From a candidate division NC10 bacterium CSP1-5 (GTDB lineage: Bacteria > Methylomirabilota > Methylomirabilia > Methylomirabilales > CSP1-5): DNA of 64,000 nucleotides. This document shows, piece after piece, positions 36,545 to 44,844 of this stretch. The DNA lies in assembly GCA_001443495.1 (NCBI GenBank), contig LDXR01000002.1:324956-388955 (forward strand), in the 5' to 3' direction. Made by a program: the position numbers and the translations under genes. Within the stretch, counting starts at the first letter, position 1. Each line of letters begins with the position of its first letter. The notes below the pieces were generated by a model. The model worked only from the letters and a program-made list of their open reading frames with translations. It had not been told where the DNA came from and ran no database searches.

Positions 36545-37482
36545 CCGAGCCCAAGATTTTCCGAGGTGCGTTCGAGACGACGGGGACGCCCCGGTTCGTT
36601 ATGTACACGATCCAGAAGCTGGGACTGGACAAGAAGCACGGCTTCACGCTCCAGATCAGCTACGCCGTCGATCAGATAGAACGGTCGCTCGAATCGGTCG
36701 AGATCGCGCTCCAGAAGGGGACCGCGGACCTGATCGACATTGACTGGATCTCCATCGCCCGCGAGCGCGCCCACGGCGCCCCCATCGTCGCTTTCTTCCC
36801 CTACGGTCAGACGGTCGGGTCTTTGGTCGTTCGCGCCGACTCCTCGATTCGGGACCTCCGGGACCTGAAGGGCCGGCGCGTCGGTGTTGTCCGGATCATG
36901 GACAAGAACTGGGTCATTGCCCGAGCCTACTGCCGCAAAGTTCACGGCTTTGATCCCCAGGAGGAGGTGAGCGTCGTCGAGGCCTTGTCGAAGGCGAGGC
37001 TGAGCCATCTCCTGGAGCAGGGGGAGGTGGAGGCCGGCTTTCAGTTCTGGCAGATGGTCCCCCCGCTGGTTCTCACCGGAAAATTCCGGACGGTCGTGGA
37101 TGTGGCCGATCTCATCCAGGAGCTGGCCGGGACGGCAGCCCGGGTTCCCATATCGGCATTCATCACCAGGGATGAGGTCCTGCGGGATCACCCCGAGGTC
37201 CTGCGGGGATTTGCGCGCGCCTTTCGTGAGGTGGCCGCCTTCATGACCTCGAATGATCAGATCTGGGATGAGCTGGGACAGGTCATGATGGGTGGGGCCG
37301 ACCGGGCACTCGTCCACGCGATCCGAGATGGGTGGCGCCGGATGGTCATGACGGAGTGGACGGAAGAGACCATCCGCGGGATCGAGCAGCTCTTCCGCGA
37401 ACTCCTGGCGGTGGGGGGGAAGGACGTCCTGGGGGTCGACCGCATTCCTCCCGGCACCTTTACCACCTCCGTTTCCGGATGA
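36541..37482 (+). CDS. cytoplasmic NMT1/THI5-like SBP-fold protein
   Basis: 313 aa with no signal peptide and an ABC substrate-binding-like pattern (DLKGRRVGV......W......). The ATG overlaps the upstream stop as ATGA. Confidence 0.6.
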   Translation: MTEPKIFRGAFETTGTPRFVMYTIQKLGLDKKHGFTLQISYAVDQIERSLESVEIALQKGTADLIDIDWISIARERAHGAPIVAFFPYGQTVGSLVVRADSSIRDLRDLKGRRVGVVRIMDKNWVIARAYCRKVHGFDPQEEVSVVEALSKARLSHLLEQGEVEAGFQFWQMVPPLVLTGKFRTVVDVADLIQELAGTAARVPISAFITRDEVLRDHPEVLRGFARAFREVAAFMTSNDQIWDELGQVMMGGADRALVHAIRDGWRRMVMTEWTEETIRGIEQLFRELLAVGGKDVLGVDRIPPGTFTTSVSG

Positions 37483-37656
37483 GTTGGACAGCTTCGCTGG
37501 AGTCGAGTCCACCCAGTACTCTGCAACTAGATCCTCTTAAGCCCATCAAGCAAGGGACATAAATCTCCCCCCATGCCCGTCTATGGGGGACCCAAAAGAC
37601 CGGTTGCTTTGCTCTGGAGACCCCGTTTCCATTGTGGCGAGAGGTCCGGTTTACGC

Positions 37657-37685
37657 TTGACAGCGCGCATGCGTATTTGGATAAT
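37657..37685 (+). promoter_or_regulatory. sigma70-like promoter TTGACA-N17-GATAAT
   Basis: TTGACA at 37657-37662, an exact 17-nt spacer, then GATAAT at 37680-37685, in a low-GC non-coding gap. Confidence 0.6.
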
Positions 37686-37691
37686 CTGCTC

Positions 37692-37908
37692 GCGATATTT
37701 CGCGTTATCGAGTGTGTGATCGATCGGGATCTACGGTATAAAGAACTTGCTTGCCTCCTTGCCCGTGCTCGGGGCACTAGTCGAGGTAGTGAAAAGTTGA
37801 ACCGGGGTGACCATAGCCTTCGCGCCCACATCGGGCTCAAGCGACGGCAGACCACAGAGCGAAACGCCTTCCCCGGTGCAGTTTGGCCGAGAAGGCGTTT
37901 TCATTTTC
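37692..37908 (+). ncRNA. candidate structured RNA (sRNA or cis-acting leader), class unknown
   Basis: About 215 nt lie between a near-consensus promoter and an intrinsic terminator. Several local hairpins are visible: CGCGA-TATT-TCGCG, ATCGA-N8-TCGAT, GTGC-TCGGG-GCAC. No convincing ORF and no known riboswitch motif recognised. Confidence 0.4.
37862..37908 (+). terminator. rho-independent terminator
   Basis: Perfect 10-bp stem AAACGCCTTC (37862-37871) / GAAGGCGTTT (37891-37900) followed by TTCATTTTC. Confidence 0.7.
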
Positions 37909-37980
37909 ACAGCACCCATTCGCGGAAACCGTGACACAATGCGATCCCCTGGTTCGTCACAAACACCGGAGGGAGACTTT

Positions 37981-38003
37981 CGGTGGGCGTATCGGTGGGC
38001 GTA
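37981..38003 (+). repeat. 11-bp direct repeat CGGTGGGCGTA x2 (period 12)
   Basis: Copies at 37981-37991 and 37993-38003, about 60 nt upstream of the cNMP-binding gene start. Possible protein-binding site. Confidence 0.5.
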
Positions 38004-38061
38004 AATGGTGATTGGCGAATGGGATCCGAGCTAACCTGAGCGGCAAAGGCGGAGGCGGGTC

Positions 38062-38637
38062 ATGGAAATTATCTCGAGGAAAGAGAAGATCAAGGACGGT
38101 GAAGCCATCCTAGAGGAAGGCACCTGGGCCTATTATGCCTATGTTCTGAAGGCTGGCAAGGCAAAGGTGTTCAAAAATATCGATGGCAAGCCAGTACTGT
38201 TAGGCACACTAAACCAAGGAGATATCTTCGGGGAAGTTGCCTTCCTTGGGGGAGCCAAGAGAACCGCGTCGGTGATCGCGGACGGCGATGTAGAAGTAGA
38301 CATGATCCCCAGGGATAGCTTTTTCGACGCCCTGAATCAGCTGCCCCGGGGCCTGCGATCAAAGCTAAACGCCTTAGTCAGTGATCTGACATTCATGGAT
38401 GAAGTCAGGGGCCGTTTAACGGCCTTCCTCCATGAACTGCAGAACGTGCGGGCGAAGATGATCGATCTGAAGTCTTTCGAAAGAGAAGTCGAGAACATGC
38501 CCGAGCTTCTGCGCCGTGTGGTCATCGCGTTTGCTAAACGTCTCAATGCATCCGTTGAAGGCTGCACCGAACTCGGGGCCCAGGCCGAAGAAACGGTGAA
38601 GGTGATCGACTCGCTCTCGTTGCCGTTAACAAAATAA
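38062..38637 (+). CDS. cyclic nucleotide-binding domain protein (no recognisable DNA-binding domain)
   Basis: 191 aa with cNMP-binding motifs GDIFGEVAFLGG..RTASV.A. The C-terminal half is helical with no HTH recognised. GC is markedly lower than the flanks (visual). Confidence 0.8.
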   Translation: MEIISRKEKIKDGEAILEEGTWAYYAYVLKAGKAKVFKNIDGKPVLLGTLNQGDIFGEVAFLGGAKRTASVIADGDVEVDMIPRDSFFDALNQLPRGLRSKLNALVSDLTFMDEVRGRLTAFLHELQNVRAKMIDLKSFEREVENMPELLRRVVIAFAKRLNASVEGCTELGAQAEETVKVIDSLSLPLTK

Positions 38638-38675
38638 ATGCAGCAACACCGCTGTCCTAGGCGACCCGCTTAAAG

Positions 38676-38845
38676 GTCGACTGTTCCAGCACCCGGCAAA
38701 AGGGCGGGACCGGCCTTGGGCTTGCCATGGCCAAGAAGATCATCGAGCTACATGGAGGGCGCATCTGCGTGGAGTCGAGCCCGGGACAGGGTCCATCTTC
38801 TGGCTCATGCTGCCGATTCGCGTTGAGGGGCAAACGGAGGCGTAG
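38676..38845 (+). pseudogene. frameshifted 3' fragment of a histidine kinase gene (HATPase_c G2 box to stop)
   Basis: Aligns by eye, at high identity, with 41040-41213, the 3' end of the downstream kinase. It encodes [37 protein letters not shown] 1-nt deletion relative to the intact copy shifts the frame, and the other frame then reads [18 protein letters not shown]. No N-terminal part is present. Confidence 0.8.
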
Positions 38846-38888
38846 GCGAGGGCGAGACCCGTCGTATGGCTGAAATAAGAGGGCTACC

Positions 38889-41213
38889 ATGAGAAACGAC
38901 ATCACCGAGCGCAAGATGGCGGAGGAGACCTTCCAGGTCCTATACCAGGCGAGCCTTCAGATCCAGGAGCCGCTGGGGCTTAAAGAGCGGCTCGACCGCT
39001 TCCTCCAGACGGGCCGGGAGGTTCTCCACTTGGACCGGCTCAACATCCTTCTCGCCGATCCCAAGGGCCAGTGGCTTCAGGCGGTGGCGAGCACCGAGAC
39101 TAAGGACGCTTTGGAGGCGATCCGGGTCCCGATCGGGCCGGAGGGCGGGGGGCTAGCGCAGGCCTACCTCACCCAGCAGCGGATCATCTCTGATGGCCAC
39201 GCCCCGGTGCCGGAGGATTTCCGGCTCAAACCTCCCTATGACCGGATCGAGGCCTTCCGGTCTCGGGTTTTCGCCATCATACCCCTGGTCGTCCAGGGCC
39301 GGGCGATCGGGGTCCTGGGGGCGGATCGGAAGCAGAGCCGTCGGCCCTTCGAGCCGGCCACGCTGGAGCTGCTCCAGCTCTTAGCGACCCAAGCGGCCCT
39401 AGCCATCGAACACGACCGGCTCTATGCGGCGGCCGCCCAGCAGGCGGCCCGGTGGGAGGCGCTCTTCCGGCTGGGTCAGCTCCTGAGCCGGTCCCTTGAG
39501 CTCACGGAGGTCTACCCGGCCTTTGCCGAGGCGGTTAAGGCGAACCTCCCCTACGATCGGATCGGGGTGGTGGTGCCGGAGGGGGAGCAGCTGGTTATGG
39601 CCCTGTCGGTGGCCGAGCCGCCGCTTCCCTCCTGGCAGGGGGCGTCATGGCTCCAGACGGAGGGGACCGCCGTCGGGTGGGTGCTGGACCAGAAGAGCCC
39701 CCGCGTCGTCCGAGATCTGGCGACGGAGCAGACCTTTTCGGATGAGGGGTTTATCGCCCGAGAGGGGGTCCGCGCGACCCTGATGCTCCCCTTGCTGGTC
39801 GGGGGGGAGGCAGTCGGGGTCTTCTTCCTGGACAGCCGGACACCGGGCGCCTATGCGGAGCGGGACCTGGAGCTGCTGGGCCCCTTGGCCGAAAAGCTTG
39901 CCCTTGCCCTCCAGAACGCCCGCCTGTTCCAGGAGCTGCAAGCGCGGACCCGCGAACTGGCTCGATCCGTGGAGGAACTGAAAGCCTTGGGGGAGGTCGG
40001 CCAGGCGGTCAGCTCCACCCTGGACCTCCAGAAGGTACTCACTACGATCGTTGCCCATGCGGTTCAGCTCTCGGGCACAGACGGGGGGGCGATCTATGAG
40101 TTCGATGAGACAACCCAGGAGTTCCAGCTCCGGGCGACCCATCAGACGAGCCAGGAACTGATCGAGGCACTCCGAGAGGCGCGGATCGGCCTCGGGGGAC
40201 ACACCACCATGGGTCGCGCGGCCCTGAACCGTGTGGCGGTGCAGATCCCGGACATCCTGAACGAGCCAGCCTATCCCTTTCGGGAGACCATGGAGCGGGC
40301 CGGTTACAGGGCCTTGCTGGCGGTCCCGCTCCTGCGCGAGGACCGAATCATCGGGGCGCTGATCGTCCGGCGAAGGGCGCCTGGCCAGTTCCCAAAGGAA
40401 ACGGCGGACCTCCTTCAGACGTTCGCGACCCAGTCCGTCCTCGCCATCCAGAACGCGCGGCTCTTCCGCGAGATCGAGGACAAGAGCCGCCAGCTCGAGG
40501 CCGCCAGCCGCCACAAGTCCCAGTTCCTCGCCAACATGAGCCACGAGCTCCGGACTCCGCTGAACGCCATCCTGGGCTACACCGAGCTGATCCTGGACAA
40601 CATCTACGGCGAGGTGCCCGGGAAGATCCGGGACATCCTGGAGCGCCTGGGCAAAAGTGGGCGCCATCTCCTCGGCCTGATCAACGACGTCCTCGATCTG
40701 TCCAAGATCGAGGCGGGGCAGCTCACGCTCTCCCTGACCGACTACTCCATGAAGGAGGTCGTGCAGATGGTCATCACTGCGGTGGAATCCTTGGCGGCGG
40801 AGAAGAGCCTCGCGCTGAAGGTCGCGCTGCCGCCGGACCTGCCCCTGGGCAGAGGCGACGAACGGCGGCTCACCCAGGTGCTCCTCAATCTCGTCGGCAA
40901 TGCGATTAAGTTCACCGCGGTCGGCGAGGTCCGGGTGGAGGTGCGGGCATCCGACGGGGCCTTCCTGGTCTCGGTGGCCGACACCGGCCCGGGCATCGCA
41001 GAGGCCGACCAGCAAAAGATCTTCGAAGAGTTCCAGCAGGTCGACAGTTCCAGCACGCGGCAAAAGGGCGGGACCGGCCTCGGTCTCGCCATCGCCAAGA
41101 AGATCATCGAGCTCCATGCAGGGCACATCGGGGTGGAGTCGAGCCTCGGGAAAGGATCCACGTTCTGGTTCTCGCTGCCGATTCGCGTCGAGCGACGGCC
41201 GGAGGCGACATGA
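38889..41213 (+). CDS. multi-GAF sensor histidine kinase (three GAF-like modules, HisKA, HATPase_c)
   Basis: 774 aa with three GAF-like repeats ending in [18 protein letters not shown]-type helices, and H-box SHELRTPLN. The N-terminus [12 protein letters not shown] looks like a PAS-to-next-domain linker. Confidence 0.9.
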   Translation: MRNDITERKMAEETFQVLYQASLQIQEPLGLKERLDRFLQTGREVLHLDRLNILLADPKGQWLQAVASTETKDALEAIRVPIGPEGGGLAQAYLTQQRIISDGHAPVPEDFRLKPPYDRIEAFRSRVFAIIPLVVQGRAIGVLGADRKQSRRPFEPATLELLQLLATQAALAIEHDRLYAAAAQQAARWEALFRLGQLLSRSLELTEVYPAFAEAVKANLPYDRIGVVVPEGEQLVMALSVAEPPLPSWQGASWLQTEGTAVGWVLDQKSPRVVRDLATEQTFSDEGFIAREGVRATLMLPLLVGGEAVGVFFLDSRTPGAYAERDLELLGPLAEKLALALQNARLFQELQARTRELARSVEELKALGEVGQAVSSTLDLQKVLTTIVAHAVQLSGTDGGAIYEFDETTQEFQLRATHQTSQELIEALREARIGLGGHTTMGRAALNRVAVQIPDILNEPAYPFRETMERAGYRALLAVPLLREDRIIGALIVRRRAPGQFPKETADLLQTFATQSVLAIQNARLFREIEDKSRQLEAASRHKSQFLANMSHELRTPLNAILGYTELILDNIYGEVPGKIRDILERLGKSGRHLLGLINDVLDLSKIEAGQLTLSLTDYSMKEVVQMVITAVESLAAEKSLALKVALPPDLPLGRGDERRLTQVLLNLVGNAIKFTAVGEVRVEVRASDGAFLVSVADTGPGIAEADQQKIFEEFQQVDSSSTRQKGGTGLGLAIAKKIIELHAGHIGVESSLGKGSTFWFSLPIRVERRPEAT

Positions 41214-41575
41214 GCAAGCGGATCCTGGTGATCGAGGACCAAGAGGATAACCGGCGCATCGTGCGCGACCTCCTGACGAGCGTCGGCTATGAGCTGATCG
41301 AGGCGGTCACCGGGGAAGAGGGGGTGGCCATGGCGGAGATGCATCGCCCCGAGCTGATCCTCATGGACATCGAGCTCCCGGGCCTTGACGGGTACGAGGC
41401 GACGCGTCGGATTAAGGCCAACCCGGCACTGCGCCAGATCCCGATCATCGTGGTGACCTCGTATGCGCTGAGCGGCGACGATATCAAGGCGCACGACGCC
41501 GGCTGCGATGCCTACATCGCGAAGCCCTTCAGCCCGCGGGTCCTCTTGGCGAAGATCCGCGAGTACGTCCCTTAG
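41210..41575 (+). CDS. single-domain response regulator (CheY-like receiver)
   Basis: 121 aa with receiver motifs ILVIEDQEDN and LILMDIELPGLDG. The ATG overlaps the kinase stop as ATGA. Confidence 0.9.
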   Translation: MSKRILVIEDQEDNRRIVRDLLTSVGYELIEAVTGEEGVAMAEMHRPELILMDIELPGLDGYEATRRIKANPALRQIPIIVVTSYALSGDDIKAHDAGCDAYIAKPFSPRVLLAKIREYVP

Positions 41576-41593
41576 GCGATTCCTCGGGAACTC

Positions 41594-42733
41594 ATGGTGA
41601 GAACGCCGCCACAAATCCTCATCGCGGACGACAACCCCGAGAACCTGGACATCTTCCAGACTCGCCTCGCCGTCCACGGCTACGAGATCCTCACGGCGAC
41701 CGACGGGGAACAGGCGCTTGCTATCGCCCGAGAGAAGCAGCCAGACTTGATCTTGCTGGACGTTATGATGCCCAAGATGGACGGGATCGAGGTCTGCCGA
41801 CGCCTCAAAGCAGACCCCTCCTTCCCGTTTGTACCGATCATCATGATCACCGCGAAGGCGGGCTCGCAGGACGTCGTCGCTGGCCTCGAGGCGGGCGCCG
41901 ACGAATACTTGACGAAGCCCGTGGACCATACGGCGCTGGTCGCCAGGGTCAAGTCGGTGCTGCGGATCAAGGCGCTCCACGATAGCGTCCAGGAGCAGGC
42001 CGCTCAACTCGAAGCTCAGACGGTTCAGCTCGCAGAGTGGAACAGGACCCTGGAGCAACGGGTCCAGGAGCAGGTGGCCCAGCTCGAGCGCCTAGGGCGG
42101 CTCAAGCGTTTTTTCTCGCCCCAGCTTGCCGAGCTGATCGTGGCTGGCGGGGCCGAGGACCCCCTCAAGAGCCACCGTCGGGAGGTGACGGTGGCCTTCC
42201 TGGATCTCCGGGGCTTTACCGCCTTCGCCGAGACCTCCGAGCCCGAGGAGGTCATGGGGGTCCTCCGGGAGTACCATGCCGAGATGGGCAAGCTGATCCT
42301 CGCCTACGAGGGGACCCTCGAGCGCTTCACCGGCGACGGTATGATGATCTTCTTCAACGACCCGGTACCCACGCCGAACCCGGCGGAACGGGCGATTCGC
42401 ATGGCGCTGGCGATGCGGGACCGCGTGGCGGAGCTGATCGTCAAATGGCGCAAGCGAGGGTACGAGCTCGACTTCGGCGTCGGCATTGCCCAGGGCTACG
42501 CGACTATCGGCGCCATCGGCTTCGAGGGACGCTGGGACTACGGAGCGATCGGCACGGTCACCAACCTCGCCGCGCGCCTCTGCGGCGAGGCCAAACCCGG
42601 CCAGATTCTGATCCCGCAGCGCCTCTTGGGAACGGTGGAAGCGCTGATAGAGGTGGAGCCCGTCGGCGAGCTCACCCTGAAGGGTTTCCAGCGCCCCGTC
42701 ACCACCTACAACGTCCTGCGCCTGAAAGCGTAA
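41594..42733 (+). CDS. response regulator fused to class III adenylate/guanylate cyclase domain
   Basis: 379 aa: REC domain (ILIADDNPEN..LLDVMMPKMDG), a coiled-coil linker, then cyclase motifs VTVAFLDLRGFT...FTGDGMMIFF...YGAIGTVTNLAARL. Confidence 0.9.
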   Translation: MVRTPPQILIADDNPENLDIFQTRLAVHGYEILTATDGEQALAIAREKQPDLILLDVMMPKMDGIEVCRRLKADPSFPFVPIIMITAKAGSQDVVAGLEAGADEYLTKPVDHTALVARVKSVLRIKALHDSVQEQAAQLEAQTVQLAEWNRTLEQRVQEQVAQLERLGRLKRFFSPQLAELIVAGGAEDPLKSHRREVTVAFLDLRGFTAFAETSEPEEVMGVLREYHAEMGKLILAYEGTLERFTGDGMMIFFNDPVPTPNPAERAIRMALAMRDRVAELIVKWRKRGYELDFGVGIAQGYATIGAIGFEGRWDYGAIGTVTNLAARLCGEAKPGQILIPQRLLGTVEALIEVEPVGELTLKGFQRPVTTYNVLRLKA

Positions 42734-42777
42734 AGGCCAGCCCTGCCTGTCTCACATCCTCTCCGGAAGAAGAACTG

Positions 42778-44199
42778 ATGATGAATGCCGTCCAGAGCGA
42801 AGGCCAGTCTGGTCGGGGGCCTGATCCCCAGAGGACGGGACCGATCGTCGTTCGGGACGTCATCTGTCCTGGGTGCGCCGATCTGTGCGATGATCTGGAG
42901 CTCACCATTGAGGGGGATCGGATTGTCGGCATGCAGATCGACTGTCCAGGGGCCCGGGAATTTTTTCTGGATTACCGGATAGAGCAAATAAGCCCCATAG
43001 TACGGGGGAACGAGGTCACGTCGGAGGAGGCGTTGGAGGAGGCCGCGAGGATTCTCGCCAAAGCGCGATACCCTCTCATCATGGGACTCAGCGCGACCGC
43101 CGCCGAGGCGCAGCGCCGGGCCGTCGAGCTGGCTGAGGCTCTCGGCGGTTGCCTCGATGTCCCCTATTCCGCCTTTTACGGCGCGAGGGCGCTGGCCCTC
43201 CAGGAAGTTGGGGAGTCGACGTGCACCTTGGGCGAGGTCAAGAACCGGGCCGATCTGGTCGTCTTCTGGGGCTCGGAGCCCCGTGACACGCATCCTCGCC
43301 ATTTGGCCCGGTATGCAGTCCATCCGCCTGGGATGTTTCTGCCTCATGGCCGGACAGATCGAACACTCATCGTCGTGGATGTGCGACAGACCCCCACGGC
43401 CGAGGAGGCCGACCTCTTTCTCGAGGTGCGCCCCGGCGAGGATTATGAGATTCTCACCGCACTCCGGGCCAGGCTGAAAGGGAGGGAGCTGGACAGGGCC
43501 GAGGTCGCCGGCGTCCCTCTCAAGGAGCTGGAATCCCTCCTCGCGCGGATGAAGCGGTGCCGGTACGGGATCGTCTTTTACGGGACAGGCCTCAGCATGT
43601 CCCGGGGCTGGGAGCAAAACATCCACGAGCTCCTGCTCCTCGTGAGGGAGCTGAATGCCTTTACGCGATTCTCTGTGATGGCGATGCGGGGGCCGTTAGC
43701 CCACGGGAACGCGGCCGGGGCCTTCAAGGTCCTTTCCTGGCAAACGGGATACCCTTTCGCTCTGAGCTTTGCCCGCGGCTTTCCCCAGTACAACCCTGGT
43801 GAGTTCACCGCCTCCGAGCTCCTGGACAGGGGAGAGGTTGACGCCGCCCTCGTGGTCGGCGCCGATGCGTTGAGTTTTCTTCCCCCCCGGGCGGCTGCTG
43901 CCTTGAGAGAGCTTCCGACCATCGTTCTGGCCCCCCGGCTCCACGCGACGGCCCAGATCGCCACGGTCTTCTTCCCGACGGCCACCTACGGGATTGGCGC
44001 GAAGGGCACCATGTTCCGCATCGATCGGATCCCGCTCCGGGCGCGGCGGGTGGTTGATTCTCCTCTCCCCACCGACGAAGCGGTCTTGCTTGAGCTTCTC
44101 TCCCGCCTCCGGGATCGCCATGTGAATTTGGCGCCCACGGCGAGAGATGAGCTCCGAGTGTCCCTCCGGCACTTGAAAGAGATGAGAGGCCTGCGTTGA
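42778..44199 (+). CDS. FwdB/FhcB paralogue lacking the Cys-His active-site pair
   Basis: True start is ATG 42778 (the ORF-track 42037 start overlaps the cyclase gene). It is collinear with the 7673-9007 protein (CPGCADLCDD...GEVKNRADLVVFWG...). Phe133-Tyr134 (codons 43174-43179) sit where the island copy has Cys118-His119. Confidence 0.8.
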   Translation: MMNAVQSEGQSGRGPDPQRTGPIVVRDVICPGCADLCDDLELTIEGDRIVGMQIDCPGAREFFLDYRIEQISPIVRGNEVTSEEALEEAARILAKARYPLIMGLSATAAEAQRRAVELAEALGGCLDVPYSAFYGARALALQEVGESTCTLGEVKNRADLVVFWGSEPRDTHPRHLARYAVHPPGMFLPHGRTDRTLIVVDVRQTPTAEEADLFLEVRPGEDYEILTALRARLKGRELDRAEVAGVPLKELESLLARMKRCRYGIVFYGTGLSMSRGWEQNIHELLLLVRELNAFTRFSVMAMRGPLAHGNAAGAFKVLSWQTGYPFALSFARGFPQYNPGEFTASELLDRGEVDAALVVGADALSFLPPRAAAALRELPTIVLAPRLHATAQIATVFFPTATYGIGAKGTMFRIDRIPLRARRVVDSPLPTDEAVLLELLSRLRDRHVNLAPTARDELRVSLRHLKEMRGLR

Positions 44200-44252
44200 A
44201 GCATTCCGGCAATCCGCGCCGGGCGGACCTCTTCGGGCCATGAAAAAGACTC

Positions 44253-44284
44253 TTGATCCTTACCTCTAGGGCAAGGTTTACCCT
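44253..44284 (+). promoter_or_regulatory. MerR-type promoter/operator candidate (long spacer with dyad)
   Basis: TTGATC at 44253-44258, a 20-nt spacer, then TACCCT at 44279-44284. The spacer holds the imperfect dyad CCTTACC-TCTAG-GGCAAGG (44258-44276). It ends about 20 nt upstream of the MerR-family ATG. Confidence 0.45.
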
Positions 44285-44304
44285 GGCATCCGGGAGGAAA
44301 CAAA

Positions 44305-44844
44305 ATGGGCGAAGGGACGCTCAGCATCCGGCAGGTAGCCCAGAAAGCGGGAGTCTCGTCGAAGACCCTCCGCTATTGGGAGTCCCAGGGGCTCATTGCC
44401 CCGGCCGGGCGGACGCATACCAACTACCGCCGTTACACGCAGGCCCACCTAGAGCGGGTCCTTTTCATCCGGAAGGCCCAGAGCCTCGGTTTCACGCTGG
44501 CCGAGATACGACAGGTGTTCGAGCTCGCCCGGTCCCGACAGGCTCCCTGCGACGCCGTCATCCGATGGGCGGGAGAGAAGGCCCGCGAATTAGAAGGGCA
44601 GATCCGGATGCTACAGGATCTAAAGGCGCGGCTTCAAAGGTATCGGCGACGTTGGGTGGCGGAAAAGAGGCCCTCTACCCTCGGCCCGGATGAGGTCTGC
44701 CGATGCATCGAGTCGGTCGCTCTCGAGGACCTGCGCGAACCCCTATCGCCCCTTCCCGGAAAAGGAGGTGAAAAAAGTGGAAGCCAAACAGATCGTGAGT
44801 CTTTGCCCCGCCTGCGACGCCTGTCCGGTCGTCGAGGTCTATGA
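44305..44844 (+). CDS. MerR family transcriptional regulator (metal-sensor-like cysteine pattern)
   Basis: HTH IRQVAQKAGVSSKTLRYWESQGLI. Cys82 lies at the start of the dimerisation helix and Cys132/Cys134 (CRC) near the end, resembling the MerR/ZntR ligand layout. The C-terminal tail is unusually long. Confidence 0.85.
   Translation: MGEGTLSIRQVAQKAGVSSKTLRYWESQGLIAPAGRTHTNYRRYTQAHLERVLFIRKAQSLGFTLAEIRQVFELARSRQAPCDAVIRWAGEKARELEGQIRMLQDLKARLQRYRRRWVAEKRPSTLGPDEVCRCIESVALEDLREPLSPLPGKGGEKSGSQTDRESLPRLRRLSGRRGL

Noticed and set aside
37692-37908. Assigning the structured RNA to a known class (6S, cobalamin, c-di-GMP, SAM, TPP and others).
   Set aside because: None of the conserved core motifs I remember for these classes is present, and the 5' and 3' ends do not pair as they do in 6S RNA. 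It is left unclassified.
37460-37934. ORFs 37460-37855(-) and 37632-37934(+) in the low-GC gap.
   Set aside because: Both are basic and low in complexity, with no RBS or family resemblance. The plus-strand ORF starts upstream of the promoter candidate and reads through the terminator hairpin. The region is treated as non-coding RNA or leader instead.
42037-42777. N-terminal extensions of ORF-track entries: 42037 for the FwdB paralogue, 47357 for the ABC ATPase, 6038 for the SDR, 34691 for the flavoprotein, 25691, 32750, 50514, 20084, 59506 and 20881.
   Set aside because: The extensions overlap the preceding recognised gene or are low-complexity. Internal starts with RBS-like sequences give N-termini typical of the families.
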